The position numbers were made by a program, and so were the translations under genes. Of a stretch of 64,000 nt of DNA, positions 1 to 10,035 are shown piece after piece. The stretch comes from Candidatus Eiseniibacteriota bacterium (GTDB taxonomy: Bacteria; Eisenbacteria; RBG-16-71-46; JABDJR01): assembly GCA_963783375.1 (NCBI GenBank), contig CAWANH010000029.1:1472001-1536000 (forward strand), read 5' to 3'. Position 1 is the first letter of the stretch. Each line of letters starts with the position of its first letter. The notes beneath the pieces were generated by a model. The model searched no databases and was not told where the DNA came from. It worked only from the letters and a program-made list of their open reading frames with translations.

Positions 1-912
1 AAAGGCGCACGCGACCGGATAGTTGAACTGGCCGGGGCCGTGGCCGAAGCCACCGATGCGGCCCAGGTAACCGCCCCGGCGATCGAAGACGCTGATCGAG
101 TGACGGATGGTGTCCACCACCCAGAGGTTCCCGTTGGGGCCCCAGGTCGCTCCCACGGCCATCGAGAAGGTGCCCTCACCCTCGCCGTGCTCGCCGAACG
201 CGAAAAGCGGGGTGCCGTCGGTGGCGTTGACCAGGACCGACTTCTCACCCATGGGGTCCACCACCGCCATCATGGTCTCTTCTGCGTTCACCGCCAGAGC
301 CACCGGCGAGGTGAACGGGCCCTTCTCCACCGGTCCGAAGCCCAGGCTTACCAGCGGCTCACCCACCGGATTCAGCACCACCAGGCCGGGGCGGTTGCCG
401 GAACAGAGCACGTAAATGCGCCCGCTGCGTCCGATCACCACGTCCTGGAGATGGACCTTGGTGGTGAGCTCGGCGGGAAAGATGGGACGGAACGAGGTGA
501 TGTGCGATCCCTGGGAGGTCATGACCTCGATGTAGTCGCTGAGCTGGTCGGCCACGAACATGCGGCCGTGATCGTCCAGCGCCACCGAGGCCGGCTCCGC
601 GCTCGACCCCGCCGATCTGCGGATCTCGTAGTCCAGGGTACCCCGGGAGCGCCAGTTGGAGTCGAAGATGACCAGGCGGTGGTTCCCGGTGTCGGCGATC
701 ACCACCACCCCCCGGGTGCTGTCGGCCACCATGCCCCGAGGGCGGCGGAAGGCGTCGAGCGGGGCGGGACCGGTGACGATGTCGAGGACGTTGAGGATGG
801 AGGGGGCGGGATCTTCGGGGATGGGCTCCGCGGGGTAGGCCGGAACCGCGGCCACGGCCGAAGCCGAGGCGGCAAGAACCAGGCACAGTACCGCTCCGCG
901 GAACGCAGACAT
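1..912 (-). CDS. Secreted NHL-repeat (beta-propeller) protein, runs off the window start
   Basis: Read by hand from ATG 912 (not in the ORF track because there is no stop in the window): signal peptide MSAFRGAVLCLVLAASASAVAA, NHL repeats FRRPRGMVAD...VIADTGNHRLVIFD and GFGHGPGQFNYPVACAF. Confidence 0.85.
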   Translation of the reverse strand, partial: MSAFRGAVLCLVLAASASAVAAVPAYPAEPIPEDPAPSILNVLDIVTGPAPLDAFRRPRGMVADSTRGVVVIADTGNHRLVIFDSNWRSRGTLDYEIRRSAGSSAEPASVALDDHGRMFVADQLSDYIEVMTSQGSHITSFRPIFPAELTTKVHLQDVVIGRSGRIYVLCSGNRPGLVVLNPVGEPLVSLGFGPVEKGPFTSPVALAVNAEETMMAVVDPMGEKSVLVNATDGTPLFAFGEHGEGEGTFSMAVGATWGPNGNLWVVDTIRHSISVFDRRGGYLGRIGGFGHGPGQFNYPVACAF

Positions 913-1320
913 TTGGGCTCCCCCAGAAGCATCCCTGCCGGTGTCATGAACCGACGGGGGAGAACGTGATCCAGCCGATGCGACGAATCATAGCGTTACG
1001 GCGGTCTCCACAAATCCTTCATAAAAGTGATAGCCCAAATCGACCACTCTACCGGGGCATCCGACCCACCTCCCGCCCTTGCCCCGACTGCATTTCCGAT
1101 AACATGATAAAGTTTGTCGTAATATAGCGCGAAGGGAACGGGGCAACCGGCGCGCAACAAAGCGTTTCGATTTCCGGCCAGGAATTCAACAATCTCGGCG
1201 CGAGCCCGTCCCCGCGAAGCAGGTCCGTTGAGCACACCGTCACCGGCCGGAACTCCACCGCCGGGAACCTACCGAACCCTCCCGGGCGCGGGATCCCGCC
1301 CCCGCAGCCCCGGACTCCCC

Positions 1321-1360
1321 CAAATAAAACCGGCCCTCCGGAACGGGTCCGGAGGGCCGG
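1321..1360 (-). terminator. Rho-independent terminator after the c554-like gene
   Basis: Perfect 13-bp stem CCGGCCCTCCGGA / TCCGGAGGGCCGG (1330-1360) with a 5-nt loop, followed on the minus strand by TTTTATTTG. Confidence 0.8.
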
Positions 1361-1407
1361 CGAACGAACTTTCCCCGCGGTGTCGCGGGTGGGGGGGGAA
1401 CTTTCCC

Positions 1408-2001
1408 CTACTTCCCCTCGGCCTTGGGAATCGGGTGCACGATCTTCTTCAGGTACTCGTCGTACTTGAACTCCTTGTGGAAGGGGTTCCCCTCGGCCAC
1501 GTGACACTTGAGACAGGTCTTCTCGTCGACGACGTTGAGCCCGACGGACTCGGGCTTGATCGTGCCGGCGTAGAGCTCTTTCATGACCTTCAGGCCCTTG
1601 TACCCGCTCCCGGGACCGTGACAGCTCTCACAGGAGATCCCCTCCTCGAGGGTGATCTTCTGGTTCTCCAGGTCCCCCATCACCGGGAAAGCGGTGACGT
1701 GGCACTTCAAACAGGCGTCGGCCTTCTGGGGATCGTCGATTCCCAGCTTCTTCGCGGCCGCCTTGGATTCGTCGCTGGCCAGGGCCTCGTAGGCCTTGGC
1801 GTGCGCGGTTCCCGCCCACACCTTGTGCTGGTCACCGGTCGCCGCCTTGCTGTGGCACATCTTGCAGGTCTTGACGCCTACGTAGGTGTACTCGGCCTTC
1901 TTGGCCTCGTCCTTCTTCGCATCCTGGGCCGCAGCCACCAGCCACGTTCCGGCCAACGCCAGACCCACGGAAAGGACGATCAGGGTTCTCTTGCCTCTCA
2001 T
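1408..2001 (-). CDS. Periplasmic tetraheme cytochrome c (c554-like)
   Basis: Signal peptide; CKMCH, CLKCH, CESCH, CLKCH; YVG..C..CH, W..TAHAKAY and GISCESCHGPGS are c554-family hallmarks; GGAGG RBS. Confidence 0.9.
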   Translation of the reverse strand: MRGKRTLIVLSVGLALAGTWLVAAAQDAKKDEAKKAEYTYVGVKTCKMCHSKAATGDQHKVWAGTAHAKAYEALASDESKAAAKKLGIDDPQKADACLKCHVTAFPVMGDLENQKITLEEGISCESCHGPGSGYKGLKVMKELYAGTIKPESVGLNVVDEKTCLKCHVAEGNPFHKEFKYDEYLKKIVHPIPKAEGK

Positions 2002-2088
2002 AGTTTACCTCCCTGTCCGACCGGGCACCCGGCTCGGACGCTCACCTTCACCAGAACTCGTCGCGCAACCATACAGGACGACTCCAAC

Positions 2089-3600
2089 CTAGTAAATGGA
2101 ATCGTCACCGGAATGACAGTCGTAACAGTGCATCTCCTTCCAGGCCCCATCGATATCCACCGGGTGCTTGAACTCCAACCCCTGGGTGGTCACCGTGTCC
2201 CCCAGATCCTCGGCCAGACCCTGGGCGATGATCGTGTGGCAGAGGTTGCAGTTCGAGCTGATCTGCTCTCCGTCGGCGTTCCGGAGTTCCGAGCCGTGGC
2301 ACCGGAAACAACCGGGAAACAAAAAGTGACCGCGATTATCCGGATACCTGTCCCAACGCACTTTCATGGCCGGGAACATGTTCTGGTTGTAGATACCCTG
2401 GACCGCGGGAATTGCTTCCACGGGGAGGTCGACCCCCTTGCCGGCGTAGAAGTCCTTCAACGAGGCGGCGATGGAGTCCATGGCCCCCGCCTCGGTCTCG
2501 TAGTTCCGCGACAGGACGGCCACCGCCTCCTGCTTGATCCACGGGATGCCCGGGCTCAGAACCCCCGCCGCCATGGCGGTGTTCACCGCCTGCATGGGAG
2601 AGAGGTAGTTGTGGGAGGGGCGGTTGTGGCAATCGATGCAGTCGAGCTGCCGTACCAGCCCCTTGGCGCTCCGCGTGGTCATGACCGAGTCGGGGAGCGG
2701 CTCCCCGGTCCGCGAGAACACGACCTCTTTCCCATCCTTCATCCAGGTCACCTGGTCGAAGGCCTGCCGGGAGGAATCGGTCGAGACGTAGGTCATGTGG
2801 TTTTCCTTGTCGATGTGCCAGTGGATGCCCGATGCGTGGCCCTGGCTCGACGCCGAGGTTCCCCCCACCTTGAACAGCATCTCGATCTTCCAGTGGGTGT
2901 TCTCCTTGTCCCCGAGGTAGTGGTCGTGGGTCACCTCGTTGGCCGGATAGAACTTGGCCGGCCAGTGGCACTGCTCACAGGTCTCCTGGGCGGGCCGGAG
3001 ATTCTGGACCGGGGTCTCGATGGGGGTGGGATAGGTGTGCAGGATGGTCTTGAAAACCTGCCGGGCCCCGGAGAGCTTGCTCCGGACGTACCATCCGGCC
3101 CCGGGCCCGATGTGGCAGCTGACGCACTCCACCCGGGCGTGGGCCGACCTGAGGTACGCGGTGTGCTCCGGCTGCATGACGGTGTGGCAGGTCGTCCCGC
3201 AGAACTCCACCGACTCGGTGTACTGGTACCCCTGGTAGAGCCCGATGGTGGTGACGAGGAGGAAGACGCAGGTGCCGGCCACGAAGGTGATCAGGGCGTT
3301 TCGATGATGGGGGTTCCCGAGGTCCACCACCACCGGCCGCAACTGCCCCCGCTCCCGGCGCTTCTTCTCCCGCCACATCCCAAGGGGGATGAGGAGGAGA
3401 CCCAGGACCAGCACCCCCGGGAACACCATGTAGATGAAGATCCCGATGTAGGGGTTGGTCCCCCCCGAAAAGACGTTGAGGAGGTAGAGAATGACCACCG
3501 CGGCAAGGCCGAAGAGCGCGGCGGCCGCCCCGAGCAGGGTGATGACGTTGTAGGCCAACCCCGGATAAAGTTGCTTCTTCTTTTCGTTCTTCGCGTTCAC
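2089..3600 (-). CDS. Membrane-anchored NapC/NirT-family multiheme cytochrome c (7 heme motifs)
   Basis: Three N-terminal hydrophobic helices; FCGTTCH, CVSCH, CEQCH, CIDCH, CFRCH, CNLCH, CYDCH. Confidence 0.9.
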   Translation of the reverse strand: MNAKNEKKKQLYPGLAYNVITLLGAAAALFGLAAVVILYLLNVFSGGTNPYIGIFIYMVFPGVLVLGLLLIPLGMWREKKRRERGQLRPVVVDLGNPHHRNALITFVAGTCVFLLVTTIGLYQGYQYTESVEFCGTTCHTVMQPEHTAYLRSAHARVECVSCHIGPGAGWYVRSKLSGARQVFKTILHTYPTPIETPVQNLRPAQETCEQCHWPAKFYPANEVTHDHYLGDKENTHWKIEMLFKVGGTSASSQGHASGIHWHIDKENHMTYVSTDSSRQAFDQVTWMKDGKEVVFSRTGEPLPDSVMTTRSAKGLVRQLDCIDCHNRPSHNYLSPMQAVNTAMAAGVLSPGIPWIKQEAVAVLSRNYETEAGAMDSIAASLKDFYAGKGVDLPVEAIPAVQGIYNQNMFPAMKVRWDRYPDNRGHFLFPGCFRCHGSELRNADGEQISSNCNLCHTIIAQGLAEDLGDTVTTQGLEFKHPVDIDGAWKEMHCYDCHSGDDSIY

Positions 3601-3616
3601 GCTATCCCCGTTTTCA

Positions 3617-3651
3617 AGATCGTTTCGGCTCGTTGAAACAGATCGTTTCGG
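3617..3651. promoter_or_regulatory. Tandem 12-bp direct repeat, putative operator
   Basis: AGATCGTTTCGG at 3617-3628 and 3640-3651, just upstream of the NapC-like start. Confidence 0.45.
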
Positions 3652-3909
3652 TTTTGCTTTCGTTCCGCGTATCCTGCCACGACCCCTTGGCGACGCGACA
3701 TCTTAATGAGCAAATCCAGAATTTGTACAGCGGACCTTCCCGGTCGGGGATGAGCGCCGATCGGGGCCTCGGACGGAGGGTCCGGTCGAGGGCTGCGACC
3801 GCCGTTCCGGGGCCACGATCCCGCCCGAAGACGATTGGACAATCTCCCCCCCGAACGGAGATCATCAAGGACTGCACGGGAACGGAAGCCCCGTCAAGGA
3901 GGAGGATCA

Positions 3910-4908
3910 ATGGAGTACGTGAAGCTCGGCGACACCGGGCTCGAGGTCTCGCGAATCTGCCTGGGATGCATGTCCTACGGGGACTCCGGCTGGCGGTCCT
4001 GGGTGCTGGACGAGGATGAGACTGCGTCTCACTTCCGGACCGCAGTGGAGGCCGGGATCAACTTCTTCGACACCGCGGACATGTACTCCCGGGGACGGAG
4101 CGAGGAGGTGACGGGGCGCTACCTGCGCGAGCTGACCCGGCGCGACGAGACGGTGGTGGCGACCAAGGTCTTCTTCCCCGTGCACCGCGGTCCCAACGGC
4201 GGGGGGCTGAGCCGGAAGCACATTCTCGACGCCTGCGACGCCTCGCTCCGGCGCCTGGGGCTGGATCACATCGATCTCTACCAGATCCACCGCTTCGATC
4301 ACGGGACACCGATCGAGGAGACGGTGGACGCGCTGGACTCCCTGGTGCGGGCGGGCAAGGTGCGGTACCTGGGGGCCAGCAGCATGGCCGCCTGGCAGTT
4401 CGCCAGGTTCCTGTTCGCCGCCGACCGGAGCGGCGCCCACCGGTTCGTCTCCATGCAGAACCACTACAACCTGGTCTACCGGGAGGAAGAACGGGAGATG
4501 ATCCCCCTCTGCCGGGATCAAGGGGTGGGGATCGTGCCCTGGAGCCCGCTGGCCCGGGGACTCCTGGCCGGGAACCGGTCCCGCGAGGGGGCGGAGCCGA
4601 CCGAGCGCGCCCGGACCGACGGCTACGCCAAGGATCTCTACGGTCCCGACGACTTCGACGTGGTGGACGCGACGGTGGAGGTGGCCAGGGCGAGGGGGGT
4701 GAAACCGGCCCAGATCGCGCTGGCCTGGCTCCTCCAGGCGCCGGGGGTGACCGCCCCCATCGTGGGGGCCACCCAGGTCCACTACATCACCGAGGCGGTG
4801 GAGGCATTGGCCATCCGGCTGGATCCCGAGGAGGTGGAGCGGCTCGAGGCCCCCTACCGGCCGCACCCGGTCCTGGGGCACCGGCCGCCGCGAGGGGTGG
4901 GGCGCTGA
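3910..4908 (+). CDS. Aldo/keto reductase
   Basis: ATG 3910 after AGGAGGAGG; LGCMSYG, FFDTADMYSRGRSEE, DLYQIHR, PWSPLARG. Confidence 0.95.
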   Translation: MEYVKLGDTGLEVSRICLGCMSYGDSGWRSWVLDEDETASHFRTAVEAGINFFDTADMYSRGRSEEVTGRYLRELTRRDETVVATKVFFPVHRGPNGGGLSRKHILDACDASLRRLGLDHIDLYQIHRFDHGTPIEETVDALDSLVRAGKVRYLGASSMAAWQFARFLFAADRSGAHRFVSMQNHYNLVYREEEREMIPLCRDQGVGIVPWSPLARGLLAGNRSREGAEPTERARTDGYAKDLYGPDDFDVVDATVEVARARGVKPAQIALAWLLQAPGVTAPIVGATQVHYITEAVEALAIRLDPEEVERLEAPYRPHPVLGHRPPRGVGR

Positions 4909-4958
4909 CGGAGACGGGTCGTTGGGGGCGGACGGCGCCCTGTCAGGCGTCCACCGCC

Positions 4959-5969
4959 TCAGGTGCGCGGGAAGGGTTCGACCGGCTCCGCTTCGAAGAG
5001 TTCAGGTCGTTTCTCGGCCAGCCCGGAGAGATAGTGCTCGGCGTCGAGCGAGGCCGCGCACCCCGCTCCCGCCGCGGTGACCGCCTGGCGGTAGCGCTTG
5101 TCGTGAACGTCTCCGGCGGCGAACACTCCCGGGACGCTCGTTTCCTGGTGGCGCTTGAGCACGATGTATCCGTCGTCGTCGGTCACCACCTGGTCTCCGA
5201 GAAACGCGGTGTTGGGAACGTGGCCGATGGCGTAGAAAAGCCCCCCGACCTCCAGCGTCCGCCGCGAGCCGTCCTCGGTGGAGACGAGGGAGATCCGCTC
5301 CAGCTGCTTCTCCCCCTGGAGCTCCTCCAGCTCGTGGCTCCAGATCACCTCGATCTTGGGGTTGGCCAGCACCCGTTCCTGCATGAGCTTGCACGCCCGG
5401 AACTCGTTCCGGCGATGGATGATGTAGACCTTCGAGGCGTACTTGGTGAGAAAGCTGGCCTCCTCCATCGCGGTGTCCCCCCCGCCGATCACCGCCAGGG
5501 GCTTGTTCCGGAACATGGGAAGCGCGCCGTCGCACACCGCACAGGCGCTCACCCCGTTCTGCCAGAACTGCTTGCTCCCCTTGGGATCGAGCTTCTTGGC
5601 CCGAGCGCCGGTGGCCACGACGATCGACAGCGCGGCGATCTCCTTCCCCTCGGAAGTATGGAGGCGGAAGGGTACCTGGTCGAGATCGGCCCGCACCACG
5701 TCCACCTGCTCGGTCCGGGCCCCGAAATGCACGGCCTGGGCCCGAAAGTGGTCCATCAGGTCGGCCCCGCCGATCCCCTCGGGAAAGCCCGGGAAGTTCT
5801 CGATGTCGGTCGTGGTCATGAGCTGGCCGCCGGGGATCTCCCCGCGTTCGTTGGCGATCGACCCCTCCAGGACCAGGGGAGCCAACTCGGCCCGGGCGGC
5901 GTAGATGGCCGCGGTGAAGGCCGCAGGTCCCGATCCGATGATGACCATGGTTTCCGGTTTGTCTGCCAC
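4959..5969 (-). CDS. trxB: Thioredoxin-disulfide reductase
   Basis: IIGSGPA, CAVCDG redox centre, [24 protein letters not shown]. Confidence 0.95.
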   Translation of the reverse strand: MADKPETMVIIGSGPAAFTAAIYAARAELAPLVLEGSIANERGEIPGGQLMTTTDIENFPGFPEGIGGADLMDHFRAQAVHFGARTEQVDVVRADLDQVPFRLHTSEGKEIAALSIVVATGARAKKLDPKGSKQFWQNGVSACAVCDGALPMFRNKPLAVIGGGDTAMEEASFLTKYASKVYIIHRRNEFRACKLMQERVLANPKIEVIWSHELEELQGEKQLERISLVSTEDGSRRTLEVGGLFYAIGHVPNTAFLGDQVVTDDDGYIVLKRHQETSVPGVFAAGDVHDKRYRQAVTAAGAGCAASLDAEHYLSGLAEKRPELFEAEPVEPFPRT

Positions 5970-6163
5970 GCCCTAGCCTCCGGTGATTGATTCCAGGCCC
6001 CCCGCCCCCTTCGAGCGGATCGCGGGGAAAACCGATGTGTTGCCGGCTCCCTCAAACAGGACGCAATCGCCCCGCCGGGGTCACCAGGAACCCCCATTCA
6101 TAGTACACATGGGTATTCCGGGGGTCAGGGGAAAACGGGGCGTCCGGGGAGGATGGCCCGGTT

Positions 6164-6658
6164 CTATCCGGCGACTTCGGCTCCGACCCGCTCCTTGATG
6201 AGGAGGACGGGGACATCGAGGGCCCGCGCCACCTTCTCGGTCTTGCTCCGGAGCAGGGTCTTCCCCTCGTGGATGGGGAGCAGGACCAGGGTGGCCTTGC
6301 AGTCCCGGGCCGCCTTGGCGATCCCCTCCACCACGTCCTCCCCCATCAGGGTCTCGTAGTGCAGGCAGGGGGTGCCCAGGCAGATGCTCTCTCCGAACAT
6401 CCGAAGCTGGTTCCGGGTCTCGTCCTTCACGTCCCCTTCGGACCAGGGAGCGCCGAGCCCGCGGATGAAGTCGTCGTTCTCCCCGAACTTGCTGAGGCGG
6501 AAGACGTGCAGCTCGGAGCCGTACTTCCGGCGCATCTCACAGGCGGCGATGATTGCCTGCCGGGAGGCGGGGGTGAAATCGATGGGCACCAGAATGACCT
6601 TGAAGAGCCCGGTTGGATCGAATTCTGCAGGATTTCCGGGACAGTCGTTGATTTCCAT
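6164..6658 (-). CDS. Universal stress protein (UspA domain)
   Basis: FKVILVPIDFTPAS at the N-terminus and S.TEKVAR..DVPVLLIK at the C-terminus. Confidence 0.85.
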   Translation of the reverse strand: MEINDCPGNPAEFDPTGLFKVILVPIDFTPASRQAIIAACEMRRKYGSELHVFRLSKFGENDDFIRGLGAPWSEGDVKDETRNQLRMFGESICLGTPCLHYETLMGEDVVEGIAKAARDCKATLVLLPIHEGKTLLRSKTEKVARALDVPVLLIKERVGAEVAG

Positions 6659-6961
6659 GGCCGTGAGCCTCCTCCGGGCCTCGCCGGCGTCCTTGCCGGG
6701 GGCTTTCTTGCGAGTCTACCCGATCTATCACTCAGGAGATCATCTTTATTCCCTAACTGGCTATTCCTCCTCGCCGGAGATCGAGGCCCGTTCTCCCCGC
6801 GCCGGCCGGCGCCGACCCGTTACCGGCAAGTGATACGACAATTCAAGATTCGGCCCTCGACGGACCGGGGGAGACTCCGTAGAATCCCCGTCGTTTGGCT
6901 TCCGCCGGAAACGGCCCGGCGGGGCCCGGATACGGGACAATTTCAATAAGCGAGGATCAGG

Positions 6962-8119
6962 ATGGCGACGCTCTTTATCCCAAGGGAGACCGTTCCCGGT
7001 GAGACGCGTGTGGCCACGAATCCGGACACGGTGAAGCGGCTGGTCAAGGAGGGGCACACCGTGACCGTCGAGGCGGGTGCGGGGGAGGGAGCCTCCATTC
7101 CCGACCAGGCCCTGACCGAGGCCGGGGCCACGGTAAGTTCGGATGTGGCAGCCCTGTACGGCGGTGCGGACGTGGTATTGAAGCTCCACCCCCCCCGCAT
7201 GAACGACACGTCCGGGAAGCACGAGGCGGAGATGGTGCGGGAAGGCGCCATCCTGGTGTCCTTCCTGTGGCCCCTGGAAAACCTGGACGCGGTGAAGATC
7301 CTGGCCCGGCGCAAGGTCACCGCGTTCGCAATGGACCAGATGCCGCGGATCACCCGGGCCCAGAGCATGGACGCCCTGTCCTCCCAGGCCAACCTCGCCG
7401 GGTACAAGGCGGTGATCATGGCCGCGGAGAAGCTCCCCAAGATCTTCCCGCTCATGATGACCCCCTCCGGGACCATCGCCCCGTCCAAGGTGGTGATCAT
7501 GGGGGCGGGGGTGGCCGGCCTGCAGGCCATCGCCACCGCCAAGCGGCTCGGAGCGGTGGTCGAGGTCTCGGACGTCCGCCCCGCGGTCAAGGAGCAGGTG
7601 CTGAGCCTCGGGGGCCGGTTCATCGAGGTCCCCACCGACGAGGCCATGGAGACCGAGGGCGGCTACGCCAAGGAGGCCTCCGAGGAGTTCCTCCGGAAGC
7701 AGCGCGAGGTCGTCCGCAAGCACGTGGTGGAGGCCGACGTGGTGATCACCACCGCGCTCGTCCCCGGAAAGCCCGCCCCGAAGCTCATCTCCCCGGACAT
7801 GGTCAAGGAGATGCGCACGGGATCGGTCATCGTGGACCTGGCCGCCGAGCGCGGCGGAAACTGCGAGCTCACCGAACCCGGGAAGACGGTGGTGAAGGAA
7901 GGGGTCACCATCATGGGGACCCTCAATATTCCCGGGACCGTGCCCTTCCACGCCAGCGACATGTACGCCAAGAACCTGCACTACGTGATGCAGCATCTCT
8001 ATCCGAAGGGCGAACTCAACCTCGACCTCGAGGACGAGATCAACGCCGCCTGCATGGTCACCCACGGCGGCGAGGTCAGGCTGCCCGCGGTCGCGGAGCG
8101 GCTGAAAGGAGGGGAGTAA
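6962..8119 (+). CDS. pntAA: NAD(P) transhydrogenase alpha subunit, part 1 (dI)
   Basis: GETRVA, PRITRAQSMDALSSQANLAGYKAV, GAGVAGLQA, DLAAERGGNC. Confidence 0.95.
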   Translation: MATLFIPRETVPGETRVATNPDTVKRLVKEGHTVTVEAGAGEGASIPDQALTEAGATVSSDVAALYGGADVVLKLHPPRMNDTSGKHEAEMVREGAILVSFLWPLENLDAVKILARRKVTAFAMDQMPRITRAQSMDALSSQANLAGYKAVIMAAEKLPKIFPLMMTPSGTIAPSKVVIMGAGVAGLQAIATAKRLGAVVEVSDVRPAVKEQVLSLGGRFIEVPTDEAMETEGGYAKEASEEFLRKQREVVRKHVVEADVVITTALVPGKPAPKLISPDMVKEMRTGSVIVDLAAERGGNCELTEPGKTVVKEGVTIMGTLNIPGTVPFHASDMYAKNLHYVMQHLYPKGELNLDLEDEINAACMVTHGGEVRLPAVAERLKGGE

Positions 8120-8121
8120 CG

Positions 8122-8478
8122 ATGTTGCCCCTGGACGTTCTCGCCGGTAACGGCGTCCTCATGATCGGCGTGATGACGGAAACCTACAAGCTTCCGTACC
8201 ACCCGCTCCTGGTGGCGCTCTACGTGGCGATCCTCGCCACCTACGTGGGTTTCTACGTGATCTCGAAGGTGCCGCCGACCCTGCACACCCCCCTCATGTC
8301 GGGATCCAACGCGATCTCCGGCATCACGATCGTGGGGGCCCTGTTCCAGGCCAGCCAGCAGAACTTCGAGGTCGGCACGCTGCTCGGGATGTTGGCGGTG
8401 TTCTTCGCGATCACCAACGTGGTGGGCGGTTACGCAGTGACCGACCGGATGCTTCAGATGTTCCAGCGGAAGAACTAG
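8122..8478 (+). CDS. pntAB: NAD(P) transhydrogenase alpha subunit, part 2 (membrane)
   Basis: C-terminal part of ORF 7267-8478, from ATG 8122; VPPTLHTPLMSGSNAISG, NVVGGYAVTDRMLQMF. Confidence 0.92.
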   Translation: MLPLDVLAGNGVLMIGVMTETYKLPYHPLLVALYVAILATYVGFYVISKVPPTLHTPLMSGSNAISGITIVGALFQASQQNFEVGTLLGMLAVFFAITNVVGGYAVTDRMLQMFQRKN

Positions 8479-8490
8479 GAGAGGCCGGCC

Positions 8491-9933
8491 ATGAGAGATC
8501 TTATCCAAGTCACATACATGATCGCCGCCGTCCTCTTCATCATTGGACTGCAGCGATTGTCCCGGGTCCGATCCGCCAGGGGCGGAAACCGGACCTCGCT
8601 GGTGGGCATGGCGATCGCCATCCTGGCCACCGCCGCCGATCTTCTGACCGGGGGGCAGTTTCACATCCTCTACATCATCATCCCCATCATCATGGGTTCG
8701 GCGCTGGGGCTCTTCTGGGCCTACACCGTGCCCATGACCTCGATGCCTCAGATGGTGGGGGTGTTCAACGGGTTCGGGGGGTTGGCTTCGATGTTCGTGG
8801 CCTACTCCTACTTCTACGAGCACTCGATCAAGCTCGGGGGCGGCGTGCTGTCCAAGATCGGAGCGCCCTTCGGGGGGCCCGACGTGGCCATCACCGTCAT
8901 GCTCTCGGTGCTGGTGGGAGCGGTGACCTTCTCCGGCTCCATCATCGCCGCGGGCAAGCTCCAGGGCTGGGTGAACGAGCAGCCGGTGCTCTTTCCCGGC
9001 CGCCACATCGTCAACATCGTGTTCCTGGTGGCCGCGGTCGCCCTCGGGGTGTGGGCCGGGTTCATGGGCGGCACCGAGACCGCGATGATCGTGGGCGTGG
9101 TGGTGCTGGGCATCGCCGCCCTCTTCCTCGGGGTCGGGCTCACCATCCCCATCGGCGGAGCCGACATGCCGGTGGTGATCTGCCTCCTGAACGCCTACTC
9201 CGGGATCGCCGGCGCCCTCACCGGCTTCGTGATCAAGAACAACCTCCTGATCATCGCCGGGTCCCTGGTCGGCTCCTCGGGCATCATCCTCACCGACATC
9301 ATGTGCAAGGCGATGAACCGATCCCTGGCCAACGTCCTCTTCGGCGGCTTCGGGGCCACCGCGGCCACCGGCGACGCCGGCAAGGGCGGCTACACCAACG
9401 TCAAGTCGGTGGGGGCCGAGGAAGTGGCGATGCTCCTGGAGACCGCGAGCAGCGTGGTCTTCGTCCCCGGCTACGGTCTGGCCGTGGCCCAGGCCCAGCA
9501 CGCCGCCGCCGAACTGGGGAGCCTGCTCGAGAAGAACGGGATCAAGGTCTCCTACGCCATCCACCCGGTGGCCGGCCGCATGCCGGGACACATGAACGTG
9601 CTCCTGGCCGAGGCCAACGTTCCCTACGAGAAGCTCTTCGAAATGGACGCCATCAACGACGACTTCAAGAACACCGACGTGGCCATCGTTCTGGGGGCCA
9701 ACGACGTGGTGAACCCGGTGGCGCTCCACGACAAGACGAGCCCCATCTACGGCATGCCCATCCTCAAGGTTCACGAGGCCCAGACGGTGATCATCGTCAA
9801 GCGGAGCCTTGGGGCCGGATTCGCGGGCATCAAGAACGAGCTGTTCGAGTACCCGAACGCCATGATGTTCTTCAGCGACGCCAAGGCGGCGCTGCAGAAG
9901 ATGAAAGAGGAGTTCATCGCCCTCAAGAAGTAG
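8491..9933 (+). CDS. pntB: NAD(P) transhydrogenase beta subunit
   Basis: MPQMVGVFNGFGG, IGGADMPVVI, PGYGLAVAQAQ, HPVAGRMPGHMNVLLAEA, GANDVVNP. Confidence 0.97.
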   Translation: MRDLIQVTYMIAAVLFIIGLQRLSRVRSARGGNRTSLVGMAIAILATAADLLTGGQFHILYIIIPIIMGSALGLFWAYTVPMTSMPQMVGVFNGFGGLASMFVAYSYFYEHSIKLGGGVLSKIGAPFGGPDVAITVMLSVLVGAVTFSGSIIAAGKLQGWVNEQPVLFPGRHIVNIVFLVAAVALGVWAGFMGGTETAMIVGVVVLGIAALFLGVGLTIPIGGADMPVVICLLNAYSGIAGALTGFVIKNNLLIIAGSLVGSSGIILTDIMCKAMNRSLANVLFGGFGATAATGDAGKGGYTNVKSVGAEEVAMLLETASSVVFVPGYGLAVAQAQHAAAELGSLLEKNGIKVSYAIHPVAGRMPGHMNVLLAEANVPYEKLFEMDAINDDFKNTDVAIVLGANDVVNPVALHDKTSPIYGMPILKVHEAQTVIIVKRSLGAGFAGIKNELFEYPNAMMFFSDAKAALQKMKEEFIALKK

Positions 9934-9960
9934 GGCGGGAACATCGGAGTTTCGGAGTTC

Positions 9961-9995
9961 GAACCCGGCCGGATCCTCCCGGCCGGGTTCTCTCA
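9961..9995 (+). terminator. Hairpin terminator after pntB
   Basis: GAACCCGGCCGG-ATCCTC-CCGGCCGGGTTC, a perfect 12-bp stem followed by a pyrimidine-rich tail. Confidence 0.7.
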
Positions 9996-10035
9996 TTCTG
10001 GAGCGCCCGCCCGGGATCCGGGTTAAGATAGGCCC

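Noticed and set aside
40-969. 309-aa plus-strand ORF
   Set aside because: Antisense to the NHL-repeat gene read from ATG 912 on the minus strand
950-1230. Rex/FNR-like boxes in the AT-rich region upstream of the NHL gene
   Set aside because: Only partial half-site matches; probably a promoter region, but no specific site can be supported
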